A stretch of 64,000 nucleotides of DNA from Chiloscyllium plagiosum (Eukaryota). Where the stretch lies: NCBI RefSeq assembly GCF_004010195.1, contig NC_057718.1, forward strand, positions 55,613,285 through 55,677,284, in the 5' to 3' direction. Position 1 is the first letter of the stretch. Every line of letters starts with the position of its first letter. A program made the translations under genes and the position numbers. The notes beneath the pieces were generated by a model. The model saw nothing but the letters and a program-made list of their open reading frames with translations, did no database searches and had not been told where the DNA came from. Below are positions 26,077 through 39,889 of the stretch, one piece after another.

Positions 26077-26286
26077 GTGTCTGCGTGGGTTTCCTCCGGG
26101 GGCTCCGGTTTCCTCCCACAGTCCAAAGATGTGCAAGTCAGGTGAATTGGCCAAGCTAAATTGCCCGTAGTGTTAGGTAAAGGGGTAAATGTAGGGGTAT
26201 GGGTGGGTTACGCTTCGGCGGGTCGGTGTGGACTTGTTGGGCCGAAGGGCCTGTTTCCACACTGTAAGTAATCTAATCTAATCTAA
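26077..26286 (+). mobile_element. 5'-truncated HE1-type SINE
   Basis: Near-identical to the 3' two-thirds of 11627-11940. Confidence 0.9.
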
Positions 26287-26869
26287 AAAAAACTATTGAT
26301 GTGGGAGCCAATGAAGTCCAGTGAGCACAAAGGTTATCCTGGAGTGAATAGGACATGGTACAAGTTAAGAGTTGCTGAATCAAGAAGAATATATTGCCAG
26401 TACAGTTACATAGAAAACAATACATACTATTCTTTTCGTTCAGAGGCCTTACATAAAAATGATCAAGAAAAGTGTCCATTTTGGTACCGTAGTATAGTGG
26501 CCCTGGTAATAGTCTCAGGAGTGGGGGGGGGTGGTAGCTTGAACAACTTGTAACTGCCTCATATCTCTACAGCAAGAGCAAAAGACCATTTTAATCCATA
26601 AAGTAGGTATTTTGAAGAGATTTGATTGATGTCTTTAAATTAGTTAAAAGATTATAATTTGTCTAAATGAAAAGATAATTATATGAGCACGATGGAGGTT
26701 AGCTACTGGACGATGCTGAGTCATTGTCATCTGGAATAAGTTGTTAGTTTTTATGGTAAAACATGTATATAAAACAATTTTTTTCTTGTCTTTGAATTTG
26801 GATTTCAAAATAGAGTCAAGTGGATCTGGGTTACTTCTGCAATGATTGTTTAGAAGGTTGGAAAGTCAT

Positions 26870-27475
26870 CTCTGAAATGACTGCCAGATTGCCACCCCTT
26901 GGCATCATGGTAGCCCACAAACCCACCAACACACTAAAACAACAGCTAATGAATTTGAACAACAAGACAACAAGAAAAACTAATGTCAGTTACAAAATAC
27001 CTTGCAAGAATGTAACAAACACTATATTGGACAAACAGGCAGAAAACTAGCCACCAGGATACATGAACATCAACTAGCTAGAAAAAGACATGACCCACTC
27101 TCACTAGTATTCAGACATAGGATCAGGACTTCCCACTTCGACTGGGACAACACATCCATCCTAAGACAAGCCAAACAGAGACACGCACGATAATTCCTAG
27201 AAGCATGGCATTCCAACCAAAACTCTATCAACAAACACATTGACTTGGATCCCATTTACCACCCCCTGAGAAAAGAACCACAGGAAATGACATCACCAAC
27301 TCAAGGAAACACAAACACATAAATAGAAAGTGGGCTATACCACCAGTGCTTAATCTGGAGGCTCACTGAAGATGTTACCTAGTACAGTGCGAAATGTCTG
27401 ACAACGAACCTTCCAGCTCAGTGAGCAAACCTACATTCAAAACTCAACCTGAGCTACAAATCTTCTCAAAATCGC
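26870..27475 (+). mobile_element. Penelope-like element (family C) 3' end with GIY-YIG endonuclease
   Basis: NVSYKIPC plus CNKHYIGQTGRKLATRIHEH, HFDWDNTSIL and FLEAWHS motifs, followed by a hammerhead-like core. Confidence 0.85.
27363..27401 (+). ncRNA. Putative degenerate hammerhead ribozyme (family C)
   Basis: tca-CTGAAGA-tgttacctagtacagtgc-GAAA-tg-TC-tga; helix I tca/tga, helix II eroded. Confidence 0.5.
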
Positions 27476-27483
27476 TCTTCAAA

Positions 27484-27813
27484 GATTAGATTAGATTCCC
27501 TACAGTATGGAACAGGTCCTTTGGCCCAACAAGTCCACACTGACCCTCCGAAGAGTAACCCAACCAGATCCATTCCCCTACCCTATATTTACTCCTGACT
27601 AATGCACCTAACACTATGAGCAATTTAGCAGGGCCAATTCACTTAACCTGCACATCTTTGGATTGTGAGAGGAAATTGGAGCACCTGGAGGAAACACATG
27701 CAGACACACGGAATATGCAAACTCCACACAGACAGTCGCTGAAGTTGGGAATTAAACCTGGGTCCCTCGTGCTCTGAGGCAGCAGTGCTAAACACTGAGT
27801 CACCGTCCTGCCC
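27484..27813 (-). mobile_element. HE1-type SINE, older subfamily
   Basis: Reverse complement of HE1 head, central domain and tail. Confidence 0.85.
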
Positions 27814-28309
27814 TGAATTCTATTAGGTTTGTAAGACATGACCATTTCTGCACAAAACCATGCTGCCTATCATTGATAAGCCCATTTTCTTCCAAATGGG
27901 TATATATCCTATTCCTCAGTATCTTCTCCTGTAGCTACCCCACCACTGACGTCAGGCTCACAGTCCTGTAATTTTCTGGATTATCCCTGCTACCATTCTT
28001 AAACAAGGGAACAACTTGAACTTTAAAACAACTTTAGAGTAGAAATATTCATGTTGTTAGAGCTATTAAAAAGTTTGGGCTGTCAGAATTGTGAAATGGA
28101 TATGCCATTGAGCTTGAAAGGTAGTTATAAAATTGTCTGTGCCCCTCAGGAGAAGGAAACTGGCAAACCTCAATTGAATAAGGATTCAAAACTGAGCTCA
28201 GAATGATATTTCTCTGGAATTAAGTCTCTGTAATCGATTGTGTTTGGAAACGGGTTGCAGCTTTGTTTTGTTGTTTGTGTCTAAGATTTTTCTAACTTTT
28301 CTTTTGAAA

Positions 28310-29020
28310 GAACATAAGACTGTAAGATATATTAGTCGAAGCAAGCCATTTAACCCATTATGTGATAATCCTTAATTTCATTTTCCTGACTTTTCTCAAT
28401 AACCCTTCATTCCCTTACTGACTAAAAAAGTCTTTTTAATCTCAGCCTTAAATATACTTAACACCGTCTCTACAGCACTCTGTGGCAAAGAATTCCACAG
28501 ATTCACTGCACTCCAACAGAAGAAATTCCCTCCCATCTTTGTTTTAAATGGATGACTCTTTATTCTGTGATTAAGCCTCTGATCCTACATTCTCCCACAA
28601 AAGGAAACAATTTTTCAACATCTACCCTGTCAAGTCTTTAAGAACCTTAAGTTTCAATAAGGTCATGTCTCATTTTTTTAAACTCGAATGAGTATATGCT
28701 CAATCTATTTCTTCACATAAGACAGTTCCTCCACACTCCGTATTGCTTCTATTGCCAGTATAGCTTCCCTTAGATAAGATGCCCAAAACTGTTCACAGAA
28801 TTCCAGAGGTGGTCTGACTAGTGACTTCTACAATTTTAGCTAGACCTCCCCGTTTTAATACTACATTGCTTTTGAAATAAACACCAACATTTTATTTGCC
28901 TTAATACCTGTTGAACTTGTATGCTACATTTTTGTTATTTTTATGAGAACTCCCAAATTCTTCTGTGCTGGAGCATTCTGCATTCTTTCACCATTTAAAT
29001 AATGTTCAGCTCCTGTATTC
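28310..29020 (-). mobile_element. Old CR1 LINE 3' fragment
   Basis: YLNGERMQ..QKNLGVL and decayed LVRPPLEFCEQFW on the minus strand. Confidence 0.7.
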
Positions 29021-29559
29021 TTCCTGTCAAAGAAATAAATTTCTGTTCTTCTGTTAAAAAACAGCGGCAGCCTCATGCAAATATGTTTCAGTGACAATAT
29101 GTAATCTATCAAACAGATTCTATCTGGAATCTGACTTGTTCAGTATTACCATTAGCTGTAATCTTAACAATGTGCAATGATTGTGGTTCATGAATAGGGA
29201 GCATAGCAAGTCTTTAAGTCAGCATACTATAGTATTTATGTCAATTAATGCCTGTTTGTTTTCTTAGTCTGATCATTGATCCTTGTACTGTATCTGATTT
29301 CTGTAGTGTGTGGGTGGAGCTAAGGAGTCATGTGAACATATATGACCATAGGGCTGCTGTCTCATTAGAGAGAGATAGCTGGAGACGAGTTTAACCTAAG
29401 GGTCACCATACCTCAGGTGATAGGCAAAGTCAAGAAGGTAACCTTCATGGTTACCTCAGCTGGTGTGGGAATTGAACCTGTGCTGTTGGTATAGTCAGCA
29501 TCACAAACCAGTCATTCAGCTAACTGAATCCCAGATTAGCTGGACTGCCCAGGGTTTGC

Positions 29560-30842
29560 ATTCTCCAGGATACTGGCCTATAAATTCTCTTCCTCAGTTT
29601 GCTGTCTGAACTCAGCATTCTGGCAGCAACTATAATGGCTTGCTGGCCCGGATCCTGAAGAAAATTGTAACTGGCCAAGGCTTGGCTTTGTTTTGTTGGT
29701 TTTGCTGTAGGCTGACTTAGAATATGTTCAGGATATGTCCTGAGTGTGGCTATTTAATTGCCTTCACTCAAGTGGTGTTCCCTTAGCTCAGTCAACCTGG
29801 CGAGGGTGATTCCTTCCATTGGAAGCACTGCAACACGTGCTCTGCTTGCCTCATTCTCCAATGGCAAAGCCATTTGTAGTGCCTATTTGAAGTCCAGTTG
29901 GGCTTCAGCTTATAGGCACTTTTGCATAGTTACATCATTAATCCCACATACCAAATGGTATTTCAGCATCTCATTAAGGGTTAAATCAAGGTCACATGCC
30001 GCTGCCAGTCCTTTTAACCTTGTCAAAAATCCTGATACAGATTCTCCTGGTTCTTGAATTGCTGAGCAAAACCGATCGTGTTGTAGAATTAGAGAAGACT
30101 TGGGGTCATAATATTCCTTAACTAAATCCATCAAATCTTGAAAGGTTTTATTATCTGGTGCCTCTGGGAAAGTTAGGCTCCTAATAACTGAAAAAACTGT
30201 GGGTCCACAAGCTGTCAGGAAAATTACTGGTTGTTTTTCATCTGCCTCAATGTCATTTGCCTGGAAAGAAATAACACATTCTTTCCACATATTGGGCCAA
30301 GTCTTTGACAGCAGGGTCAAACGAGTCGAGCTTCCCAAATATTGGCATGATGCCAGAAATGATTATCCCAACTCAAAAAGCAACTGTTCCAAATGAATTT
30401 CTACAGAAACATATCCCAATCTCATCACCACTGTAGTAATTCCACAGAGACTGGTATCCCATCACCAAGTTACCTTTTATTTACGCGTGAACAGTCCTTG
30501 ACTTTAGTACTGACTCTTTAGAGTCAACTATCAGAGTAGCAGTATCTTTGACACCTCTGTTTTTTTTTATCGAGTGCAGAAACTTTATTCACATTCCACC
30601 ACCAGGAAGAAAAAGCACCCTAGTGGCCAGTGACAAGCAGTACCCCTCTCGTCAAGGGCAATGTCTACATGAACGAAAAAGTGAACTGAAGAGGGCAGGG
30701 ATTAATTCAAAGTAGATTTGGGGCAGGGGACACTCCTGTTTATAACTATCAGCCAGGTTCTTGATTGGGGCTGCTAATCTGATCCAATCAGAAAAGTCAG
30801 ATTCCATGAGGTCTGCCAGCTGACGTTGTTACAATCACTACA
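29560..30842 (-). mobile_element. Gypsy LTR retrotransposon 5' part: 5' LTR (30432-30842), TGG-initiated PBS and decayed gag
   Basis: Gag motifs FLTACG, QEPGESVSGFLTRLKGLAAAC and LVCGIND. LTR homologous to 19451-20595. Confidence 0.8.
30560..30728 (-). mobile_element. Polyadenylated retroelement 3' end inserted at the LTR TATA-adjacent motif
   Basis: Homologous to the 19666-19810 unit; flanked on the minus strand by AAACAGGAGTGTC and AAACAGAGGTGTC. Confidence 0.75.
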
Positions 30843-32615
30843 TATTGTTCCATTCATTTAAGAAGTAGATGATACTACTTTGGGGCCAAGTTGCAGTTTT
30901 GCCCATAATTTCACCTTCTATTGTGGCCTAATTTTGTTCTGGTTGGTTAGTATGGTTATATGACTAGCGTATGTATGTTTGGCTAATTCAGAATCATCAG
31001 TTTGGAACTTTGCATCATCAACAGCATCAGAATTGGACTTTGTATTTTGCTGGTGATATTCACAAGGGAGTATAGTAAGTTATCTAGTGTGGTCAATATA
31101 CTGTAGTATTTGTTTGATTTTCCTTATTTGATCACAAATCCTTATAAAACACTCAATTGTTTTAGCTTGTTTTTAGAGCTGGAAAATTGTGTCTGACTCC
31201 ACTTATGAGCATAAAGCATTCTTGCAAAGATTTGAACTCTGTTGCAAAGATGCAAGATGCTGTAACTGAGAAGAAGATTAAAGATTAAATTGCTTGGATT
31301 TGGAGTTAGAATACCCTCTGTATTGCTGTGGGATGGAATAGGTAAATGTGATCTCCAGTGAACCAATCCAAAGAAAATGTAGTGATGAAAATTTGAAAGT
31401 GTACTGCATTTAGAAGTAGATAATGAAGATCTACACTCCAACTACCATCATCTCCTGGAACTTGTTAGGTTACTTCATAGTCAGAGATTAAATTCCTAGA
31501 ACTTCGTCGCAGATTGGCCTAAAATGTTTTACTCTTTTGTTTTGGATCTCAGCAGTGGTTGTGTTGGAGAAGTTGGGCAGCTGGCTATGGGACCATAGTG
31601 ATGATGTATTTAGAAATTGTCTACATGGCATGATGGACCAACTGTTTTTCTTTTGTGATATATTAAATATGCTTGCACCACTATTTATTATCACATATAT
31701 TTATTGCAAATACATTGAAAAGTGTTGTATAATGTCACTGCACTCTGGCATCATATTAAAACACAGAAATAAACCAGACATATAATATAAAGGTAGAAAA
31801 ATTTTTAAAAAGCTGAAAATTCAACATTACAGTCCTCATTAAGTGCTTAGCATGGGCCTGGATCTGGGCTCATCCAACTGGATGCTCTGACCAACATCAG
31901 CACAAAGCAGTTAGCCAGCCTTGAAGTTTCAATTTTTAAGTATTGGATGATATTCTTAACTATAACTTGGCCTGAATACACACTTGATTTTTATATGGTT
32001 TTGAAATGTGTCCCTTTAGATCTCCTGTGTTGCTTCAGAATTTGCTGGAGCGGTACATAGCATAGTGCTATGTTAATTAGCTTTTCTCCCTGAGCCAAGA
32101 GCTTGGAAAAAACTTTGGTCTACAAGTTTCTGAAATTAAAGTTGATAACAATGGGGATCTGGAACTTTGGAGAAAATGACACAACAAATAATCTCTTTAA
32201 ACAATAAGATTCATGGATTGAAAACAGAGAAATGAAGGTGAAGGAATTAGAAAGAATAGATCAAATAAGACATAGAAAAAGAAAAGAAAGACAAATAAAA
32301 TTTGGGTTCAGGCAGAGAGGAAAAATTTTAAAACAATGAGAACAATATTGAATTTTAAAATTTGAAAATCTCAACAGTAATTTATACCTGCAGGAGTAAT
32401 ATTCCATGATTTCATGTGTTCCATTCCCAAGAGTGGCTTTCCTGAAACATAAATCTTGTAACTAAGTATTTTCTTTATCAGGCAAACCTAACTAGCCTAG
32501 CTTTCTGTGGTGTTTTTAACTGCAATTAATGTGCGACTGAATTACATTGGTTGTCTCTTGGTCAGTTCCTGCATGACCTGTCCAACTTTCTTTCAAAAAA
32601 AGGACACATAGGACA

Positions 32616-32793
32616 TCAGGACTGCAGGTGCTGGAGATCAGAGCCGAAGAGTGTGGTGCTGGAAAAGCACAGCCGGTCAGACAGCATCCAAGGAGTAGGA
32701 GAATCATGTTTCGGGCATACGCCCTTCATCAGGAATGAGCTCATTTTGATGAAGGGCTTATGCCCAAAACGTCAATTCTCCTGCTCCTAAGAT
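32616..32793. mobile_element. PLE family A fold-back mini-element
   Basis: Tail plus inverted arms around the palindromic centre AATGAGCTCATT. Confidence 0.75.
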
Positions 32794-33431
32794 GATTCCA
32801 GGATACCAAATTTAGACAGTGTAGTTCATGGAATTAATTTCTCAACCACTCCACAAACTACAAGTATGAATTTGTAAGGTGGACACTGCTGCACCTCCTT
32901 AAAGAGTGAGACACTCAAATTGCAGGTAAGGTAACCTTCAGGCATATCTACTATTGCAAACTGTCTGCAAGTAGTTTAGAATGTTTTTGAAGGTGTTGTG
33001 TTGAATTCCTGATTTGGCAATTAATGTTACTACATCCTCACAGGAATGACAGAAGAGTTAGTTGGCTCATATACATAAAGGTTGCAACAGGTCTGAGTAC
33101 AACAGTAGTCTCAGTGGATCTGCACAGGTAGATGGAGCAGAGATATCAAGAGGGAAGGCTTTTACTGATGACTTCTGCCAAGTTGAAACTTGACACCTCA
33201 TGCTTCTTGATAGTGAATGGAGGTTGTCCAGCATTGCAGTCAATGCACACAGCAGCTCAGTGGTCCATGGTCATTAGTACTTTCCTTAGGTGTGCAGCAA
33301 AACTTACCTCTGAGCACTCTAATGCAGAACCTATCTGTTGGGTCACTTGATCTAGCAAATGATCCATGCTTTTGACTGGCCTAGGTGCAGTCTGCTTCTG
33401 CCTGGATGATTCACTATATGCTGACGCTATA

Positions 33432-33895
33432 CAGGTAGTTCTGGAGTAATGTGCGTTTCAGCAGCGCAATTTGGCTATAACATTGCTGAAGAATTAGGGA
33501 ACAGTATTTTTGGAGAATGCTCACCTCCATCGGCAATAATGCAATTCTCTAGGGGATCAGTTTGTATGCTTCGTTCTGTGCTAGTGTCCACGTGTGTGCT
33601 ACATCGGTGCTGGTCATCGTGCCATTCTGCACATGTGCGATGTCAGCTCCGGTCTTAGTGCTGTTCTGCGCATCCGCCAATGTCACCTAACAACAGATTA
33701 GCTTTCTGTGAGAGGTACTGTACATTTTTTAAATGTATTGTGTTAAATTTACTTTTGCTTTATTAACAACTATGATTTCAACCTTTATTCATGTTGTGCT
33801 ATGCTTTGCGTTAGACTTTTGGGTTATTTTTGAGCGATTGTGAGTGATTTTTTTTGCTAGTCTGCTCCTTGCCAACTTTTCCCATAGGCCCCAAC
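33432..33895. mobile_element. Possible Tigger-like DNA transposon remnant
   Basis: TA-CAGGTAGTTCTG..TAATG resembles the TIR of the 11942-12139 MITE; the other end was not found. Confidence 0.35.
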
Positions 33896-34779
33896 TCTGC
33901 CTCATCAAAGAAATGAAAATGCCATCAGCTGACATTGATGAGACTGAAAATTTCTGGCTCAGTTCTTCCTTCCATGATGAAAATCCAGTCCCATGTCTCC
34001 AGTTTTCTCATTTCTACTTTAGATATTCTTATCATTATTTAATTATTTGTTTGTATTACAACTTTAACTCTTTTAAACATTCATTCCATGTCAGACAAAC
34101 ACTCTTATTCCTGTTCTTCTCTTTTAAGTGGTCTGTGTAGCTAAATGATATTAGGTGAGAGGTGATATTTTAACTCATCTACCCATCTACCAATTCTGTT
34201 AAAATTCTAGATTATCCTTAATTGTTTTCAGCTATGAAGATGAGAGAACACACAGCATTTCTTATTTATTCATCTCAAACCTGCTGACTGACCATTGTAT
34301 CCATTATTTTCTGTTTTGTTTTAGATTTTCACACTGCATATGTTCGTCCTGATTTTAGTCTAATGTGCTAAGTGAGAACAGCGTACATTTGTGACAAATG
34401 CATGATGTTCACTCACCACAATTTCAGTGAAACAAAAAAATCAAGTTGGATGTTCAACCTATATATACCCCATTCTTACTGGGTACAATAGGTTAAATTT
34501 GGGGAACATGTTCTTTAAAAACTGCTTCTTAGTAACGATAAATGATGTATGTTTGGAAAAGTTGAATGCATTTACAGTTTGAATTATTTCTTGCATCGTA
34601 ATGTTAATGATGGTTTACTTTGGAAAGAATATGAAGCATGATTGTACTCTTCTGACAAAAAATGGAAATTAGTCTTACCTAATGAATTCAGAATGTTCAA
34701 GAAGGGGTTTAAATTATATCTATTTAAGGAGCTAAACTCAAGTGGACAAACGATTATTTTAGAGAGCAATACAAAATAA

Positions 34780-34956
<177 letters not shown>

Positions 34957-36310
34957 TAAGAAGACATTTTCTTCATTGCCCTCTGCTAAGAGAAAAGAAC
35001 AAGCTAAATATTAGTGACACTCCATAAATAAATACATGAGGGAACAATGGAAGATTAAGGAAGATTATCTAGCACGAGACTGTTGGTTAAGAAAGAATGT
35101 GAAGGAATTAGGAGAAAACTTTAAAAAATAATTAAGAAGGGAAAGAAGAACAATGAAATTATATTATTGAGGAGTGTAAAATTAAATAGTAAAATATTTC
35201 ATAGCTACATTAATTAAAAAAAGACTGATATGGGGCAGGATCATTAAGAGGTAGACAAGATAATACTACAGGTAAAAGTAGAGAGAAAACAAAGAAGTTG
35301 AATAACTATTTTGCTTCAGTATTTCCTTCTGCGATTGAATAGATAGGCATGTCATAATTAGCTGAGATAAGTGATGAGATATCTACAATTAAATTTAAAT
35401 TGGGGGCTGTACACAAATAAGCTAAGCAAGCCAGAAGAGGTTAAAGAACCTGGTCTTGTTGGATTACATCAATGTACTTAAAGAGAATTGAGGAAAGAGA
35501 GAGAAGAGTAATTGCACATGTTTAGTAATTCTTTAGAAAATGATTTAGAAAAAGAAACATAGCTATTGCAATCCTTACATTTTAAAAGGGGACACTATGT
35601 GTCCATGAAATTATAGATCTGTCAGAGGTAGGAAAATAAAGAAATCCATACTAAAGGAGAGAATAAAATTGTAACTACAAATGAGAAGTTTACTTATGAA
35701 TAGTCAGTATGGATTTCAATGGGGAAAATCTTACTTAACTACCCTTATTAATTTTTTATAGAAATAACAGTGAGTGAATGTAGTGCAATCAATGTACATT
35801 ATCTGGATTTTCAAAAAGTATTCAATAAACTACCCTATAACAGGCTAGTGAATAAGATCAGGGAATGTGAAATTAGGGGAAAATGGTACAATGCATTGCT
35901 AGCGGGCTTCATGACAAGAATAAAAATAGTTAATCAGTGGTAGAAGGTGTGAAGTGGTAGTGATGTTCCACAAGATTCACCATTTATATTAATAACTTGA
36001 ACTTCAAAATAAAAATTTCTAAAAATTTTATTACTTTTAAATTTTCAGGTGACACCAAATTAGTGGTGATCAGCAATGTTTAGGAGAGCTGCAATTTATT
36101 AGAATTAAGGAGTCAAAGTGGAGAAATAATTGTCAAATGGAGTTTGACAACAATAAATGAGCAAGTTGATTCATGTTGGTAGATGGGGAGGTCACTTACC
36201 GCTTGGAAAGCACAAATCTATGTGGGTAGAAGAACAGATTATCTCAGAGTACATCAGTCACTGAAAGTTTGTCGCAGGTTAGCATGGTCACTTAAAAAAA
36301 GCAACCTAAG

Positions 36311-36621
36311 TAGATTAGATTACTTACAGTATGGAAACAGGCCCTTCGGCCCAACAAGTCCACACTGCCCCGCCGAAGCGCAACCCACCCATACCCCTAC
36401 ATTTACCCCTTACCTAACACTACGGACAATTTAGCATGGCCAATTCACCTGACCTGCACATCTTTGGACTGTGGGAGGAAACCGGAGCACCCGGAGGAAA
36501 CCCATGCAGACATGGGGAGAACGTGCAAACTCCACACAGTCAGTCGCCTGAGGCGGGAATTGAACCCGGGTCTCTGGCGCTGTGAGGCAGCAGTGCTAAC
36601 CACTGTGCCACCGTGCCGCCC
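36311..36621 (-). mobile_element. Full-length young HE1-type SINE
   Basis: Near-identical reverse complement of 11627-11940; CTAAGTA duplication. Confidence 0.9.
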
Positions 36622-37140
36622 ACTAAGTACTAGGTTTATTTTAGAGGTTTAGCAAAGTAGGAAAGTTATGCTAAATTTGTATTGAATGTTAGACCAGACT
36701 CCGAGTACTGCATCCAATTCGAATTGCCATATTTAAAAAAATACATAGATCCTAAAGAAAGTATAGAGAAGATTTACACCGATGATACCGGAAAGTTTTG
36801 GGTATGCGTTATCAGAAAAGAAATGCCAGGCTGAGTCTCTTCTATCTTGGTGGGGGGAAAATGGTAGGTTGATAAATGATCTTTGAGAGTTCTTTGAAGT
36901 TATGAGATGTTTTAATAGAGTAGAAACAGAGAGAATATTTGCTCTTATGAAAAACAAAAGTAGAGATGATGGGAGAGTCATCACAAAATCCAATAAGGAA
37001 CTCCGAAGAACCCTCTTCATCCAAGAGTGGTAAGAAAGTAGAATTTCTTGTCACACAGTGGGTAAAGTGAAAATATAGATGTATTTAAGGGAAAAGTAGC
37101 CAAGCGTATTATGCAGAACTGGCTGCTATGGTAAATTTAG

Positions 37141-37894
37141 TATTATGAATAATTTATAATTTTGAGATTTTTTTATTTTGTATGTTAAGAGGGAAAGACA
37201 TGGGTAGACCTTTTTAAGTTCATTAGTGAGCTTAGGGCTGTGGCATATAGAAGTTTGGAGAGCTATTTTGGTTTATGTGCATTTTTGAGGTTTTAAACCC
37301 TAAGGTTAATAGTTCTATGCACTAGAAAATAGATAAATGAGGGCAAAAAAGTGCTATTGCCTGGCGGTAGGGCGCTAGTAACACATAGAGAATAGCAGAA
37401 TTCACATAGTTGGTTAGTGTGGAATATGCTCGATACTGAAGGATTGTTGACACTGAATTTAGAGAACTCAGGTTTTCTTAGAAGTTAAAGTCATTATGAG
37501 TTCATTTGCAGTTTGTTTTAGGTGTCTCTGAGAGAAGCACTAGATAAAGGGAAAAAGTGTTTAGTGACTGCAAAGAAATTCACAGAAGCTTGTGCTGAGC
37601 AAGAAACTTAAGTGTGAAGGTTTGGTTTCCCAGATATTGCTAGGAAATAGGGCTAATATGAGCTTGAATCCTTATATGATATGTGCTATGAAATCATTTC
37701 AGTCTTTTTATTTATGGTGTAATACAGCTCAGGCCTTTTTTGTTTAATAAATACTTCATTCTTTGTGTACCTTTTGTGAACATGTACAGTAATTGGCCTT
37801 CATGACTACTAAACAAATAAAGCTAGGATTTAACAAACTTGTTTTCTTCTGGGATCTGGCTTGTCCAGTATTAACATTGGCTAGGGTCATAACA
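37141..37894 (+). mobile_element. Solo LTR
   Basis: TATTATG...CATAACA inverted termini (one mismatch), TTAG/TTAA flanks, AATAAA at ~37746. Confidence 0.6.
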
Positions 37895-38127
37895 TTAAAT
37901 GAGAATAGATGGGAGGAGGCTTCAGTGGTACACAACAAGGCCATGCTGGTTTTTATGTAACACTGAAGCCTCCTCCCATCTATTCTCATTTAATGTTATG
38001 ACCCTAGCCGATGTTAATACTGGACAAGCCAGATCCCAGAAGAAAACAAGTTTGTTAAATCCTAGCATTATTTGTTTAGTAATAGATGGGAGGAGGCTTC
38101 AGTGGTGCATAAAAATCAGCATGGCCT

Positions 38128-38810
38128 TGTTGTGAGTAAATCACAAGTTACCTTTACTTCGGCTACTTATTTGGAAATATCACAGATAATCAAGTACTGA
38201 AACAATAATTTAAGCTTTATTGCATGTATCAACTAAAATAAGACCCCTTAAGTAAACAAGCTAAGCCTCACAACTCAACTTGGCTATTACCTGATTAATG
38301 ATGGAATCTGGCCAGGATTCTAAACAAAAGTCTCTGGAAGTCTCCAGGGATCGATCCTTTTGCATTATTGTTCTTCAAAGTTCTGTTACTGACTTGTTCT
38401 GGTGTTGGATTTTTCTACAATTTTCTCTTTTAAGTTTGTGGTGTGGCATTGATGATTCAATGGATTCTTTTTTCCCCAACATTGATTACTTTCCTGGAGA
38501 CCTGAAGTCCGTAGCTTGCCTTCTTATCTGAAGTAGGTCCTCTGTTCCTTGTTATATTCAGGGTTAGCTGTCTGTTTAAAACATAGCTTTTCTTGCAATT
38601 AATCCCTTTTCTTCAGAATATTACTTAAGCAGACATAATTGCCCATTTGTTACAAGACAGAAAGTTATCAACCACTTGTTATCTCCTGTCTTCCAGAAGT
38701 GACCAATTCACGTGTTGCTTTTTAAATTTTTTATTGACATCTTTCACCTGTAGAAACAGTTTATTCCAGAAAGAGTTATTCATTCAATCTGTGAAGTTTG
38801 CATTGTCACA
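38128..38810. mobile_element. Solo LTR
   Basis: TGT...ACA termini, exact GCCT target duplication, interrupts a CR1 3' UTR. Confidence 0.7.
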
Positions 38811-39042
38811 GCCTGGTTGGGCTAAATGGTCAATTTCAGTGCCATATATCCTATGTAAACAGAAGTATATCTTTGTTTACAGGTGCAGACACAATGGGCT
38901 TTGTTTGCCATAACATTTCTGTGGTTCTATAGTAAAAGATCATTGACCTACATGATGTCAGTTTTCCATCATCTCCAGAATGTAACTGTGACCCATTGCT
39001 GGCGAGTATAATTCACACTGGGCTTAACATGGCAAGAATGAG

Positions 39043-39373
39043 CCAGCCCGGTGGCTCAGTGGTTAGTACTGCTGCCTCACAGTGCCAGGGAACCGGGTTC
39101 AACTCCAGCCTCGGAGTTTGCACATTCACCCCGTGTCTGCGTGGGTTTCCTCAGGGTGCTCCAGTTTCCTTCCACAGTCCAAAGATGTGCAGGTTAGGTG
39201 GATAGACCATGCAAAGTTGCCTATAGTGGTCAGGGATGTGTAGGTTAGGTGCATTAGTCAGGGGAAATGTAAAGTTATGGGGTAGGGGAATGGGTCTAGG
39301 TGGGATGCTCTTCGGAGGGTCAGTGTGGACTTGTTGGGCCAAATGGCCTGTTTCCACACCGTAGGGATTCTAT
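39043..39373 (+). mobile_element. HE1-type SINE, older
   Basis: tRNA-like head, central domain and 3' tail. Confidence 0.85.
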
Positions 39374-39889
39374 GAATAGTAGAAATTCTGGGAAAGCAAT
39401 GCATGGCAGTTATTCCTTCAAGCTGTCAGTAACGTATTTCAGGTTTGATTCTGGAAGGCACTTGCTTGTCATGGAGCATAATTTCTTGATATTACATTTG
39501 ATTATGCTTCTTGTATCTCCATTGCATTATATGTTATGCCCCTTGCTTATGTTGAATGCTAGCTCTACAACCAGTTTGCAAATTTTCAATCTATTCTGTA
39601 TCGCTTCCAGATTTAAACTGGCTCATAAGAAAGAAATAAGAGCTTAAGTACGTCATTAAGATTTTCGCACCTGTTGTGTCATTTAACAAGATCATGGCTG
39701 ATATTCTACCTCAATTCTATGTGCACGTACAGAGGGGAAATTTGGAGTAATGTGCACAGTATTAGTTACCCTATTTAAAGAAGGTTATAGATATGTAGGA
39801 AGCCATTTAACGATGATTTGAGGTAGATTAGATTCCTTACAGTGTGGAAACAGGCCCTTCGGCCCAACAAGTCCACACCCAGACCCATC

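Larger units (their letters stand above)
35100..38860 (+). mobile_element. Old CR1 LINE, split by an HE1 SINE and two solo LTRs
   Basis: Decayed SQYGFQWGKSYLT, YLDFQKVFNK and KFSGDTKL motifs; 3' UTR resumes at 37895-38127 and 38811-38860. Confidence 0.7.
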
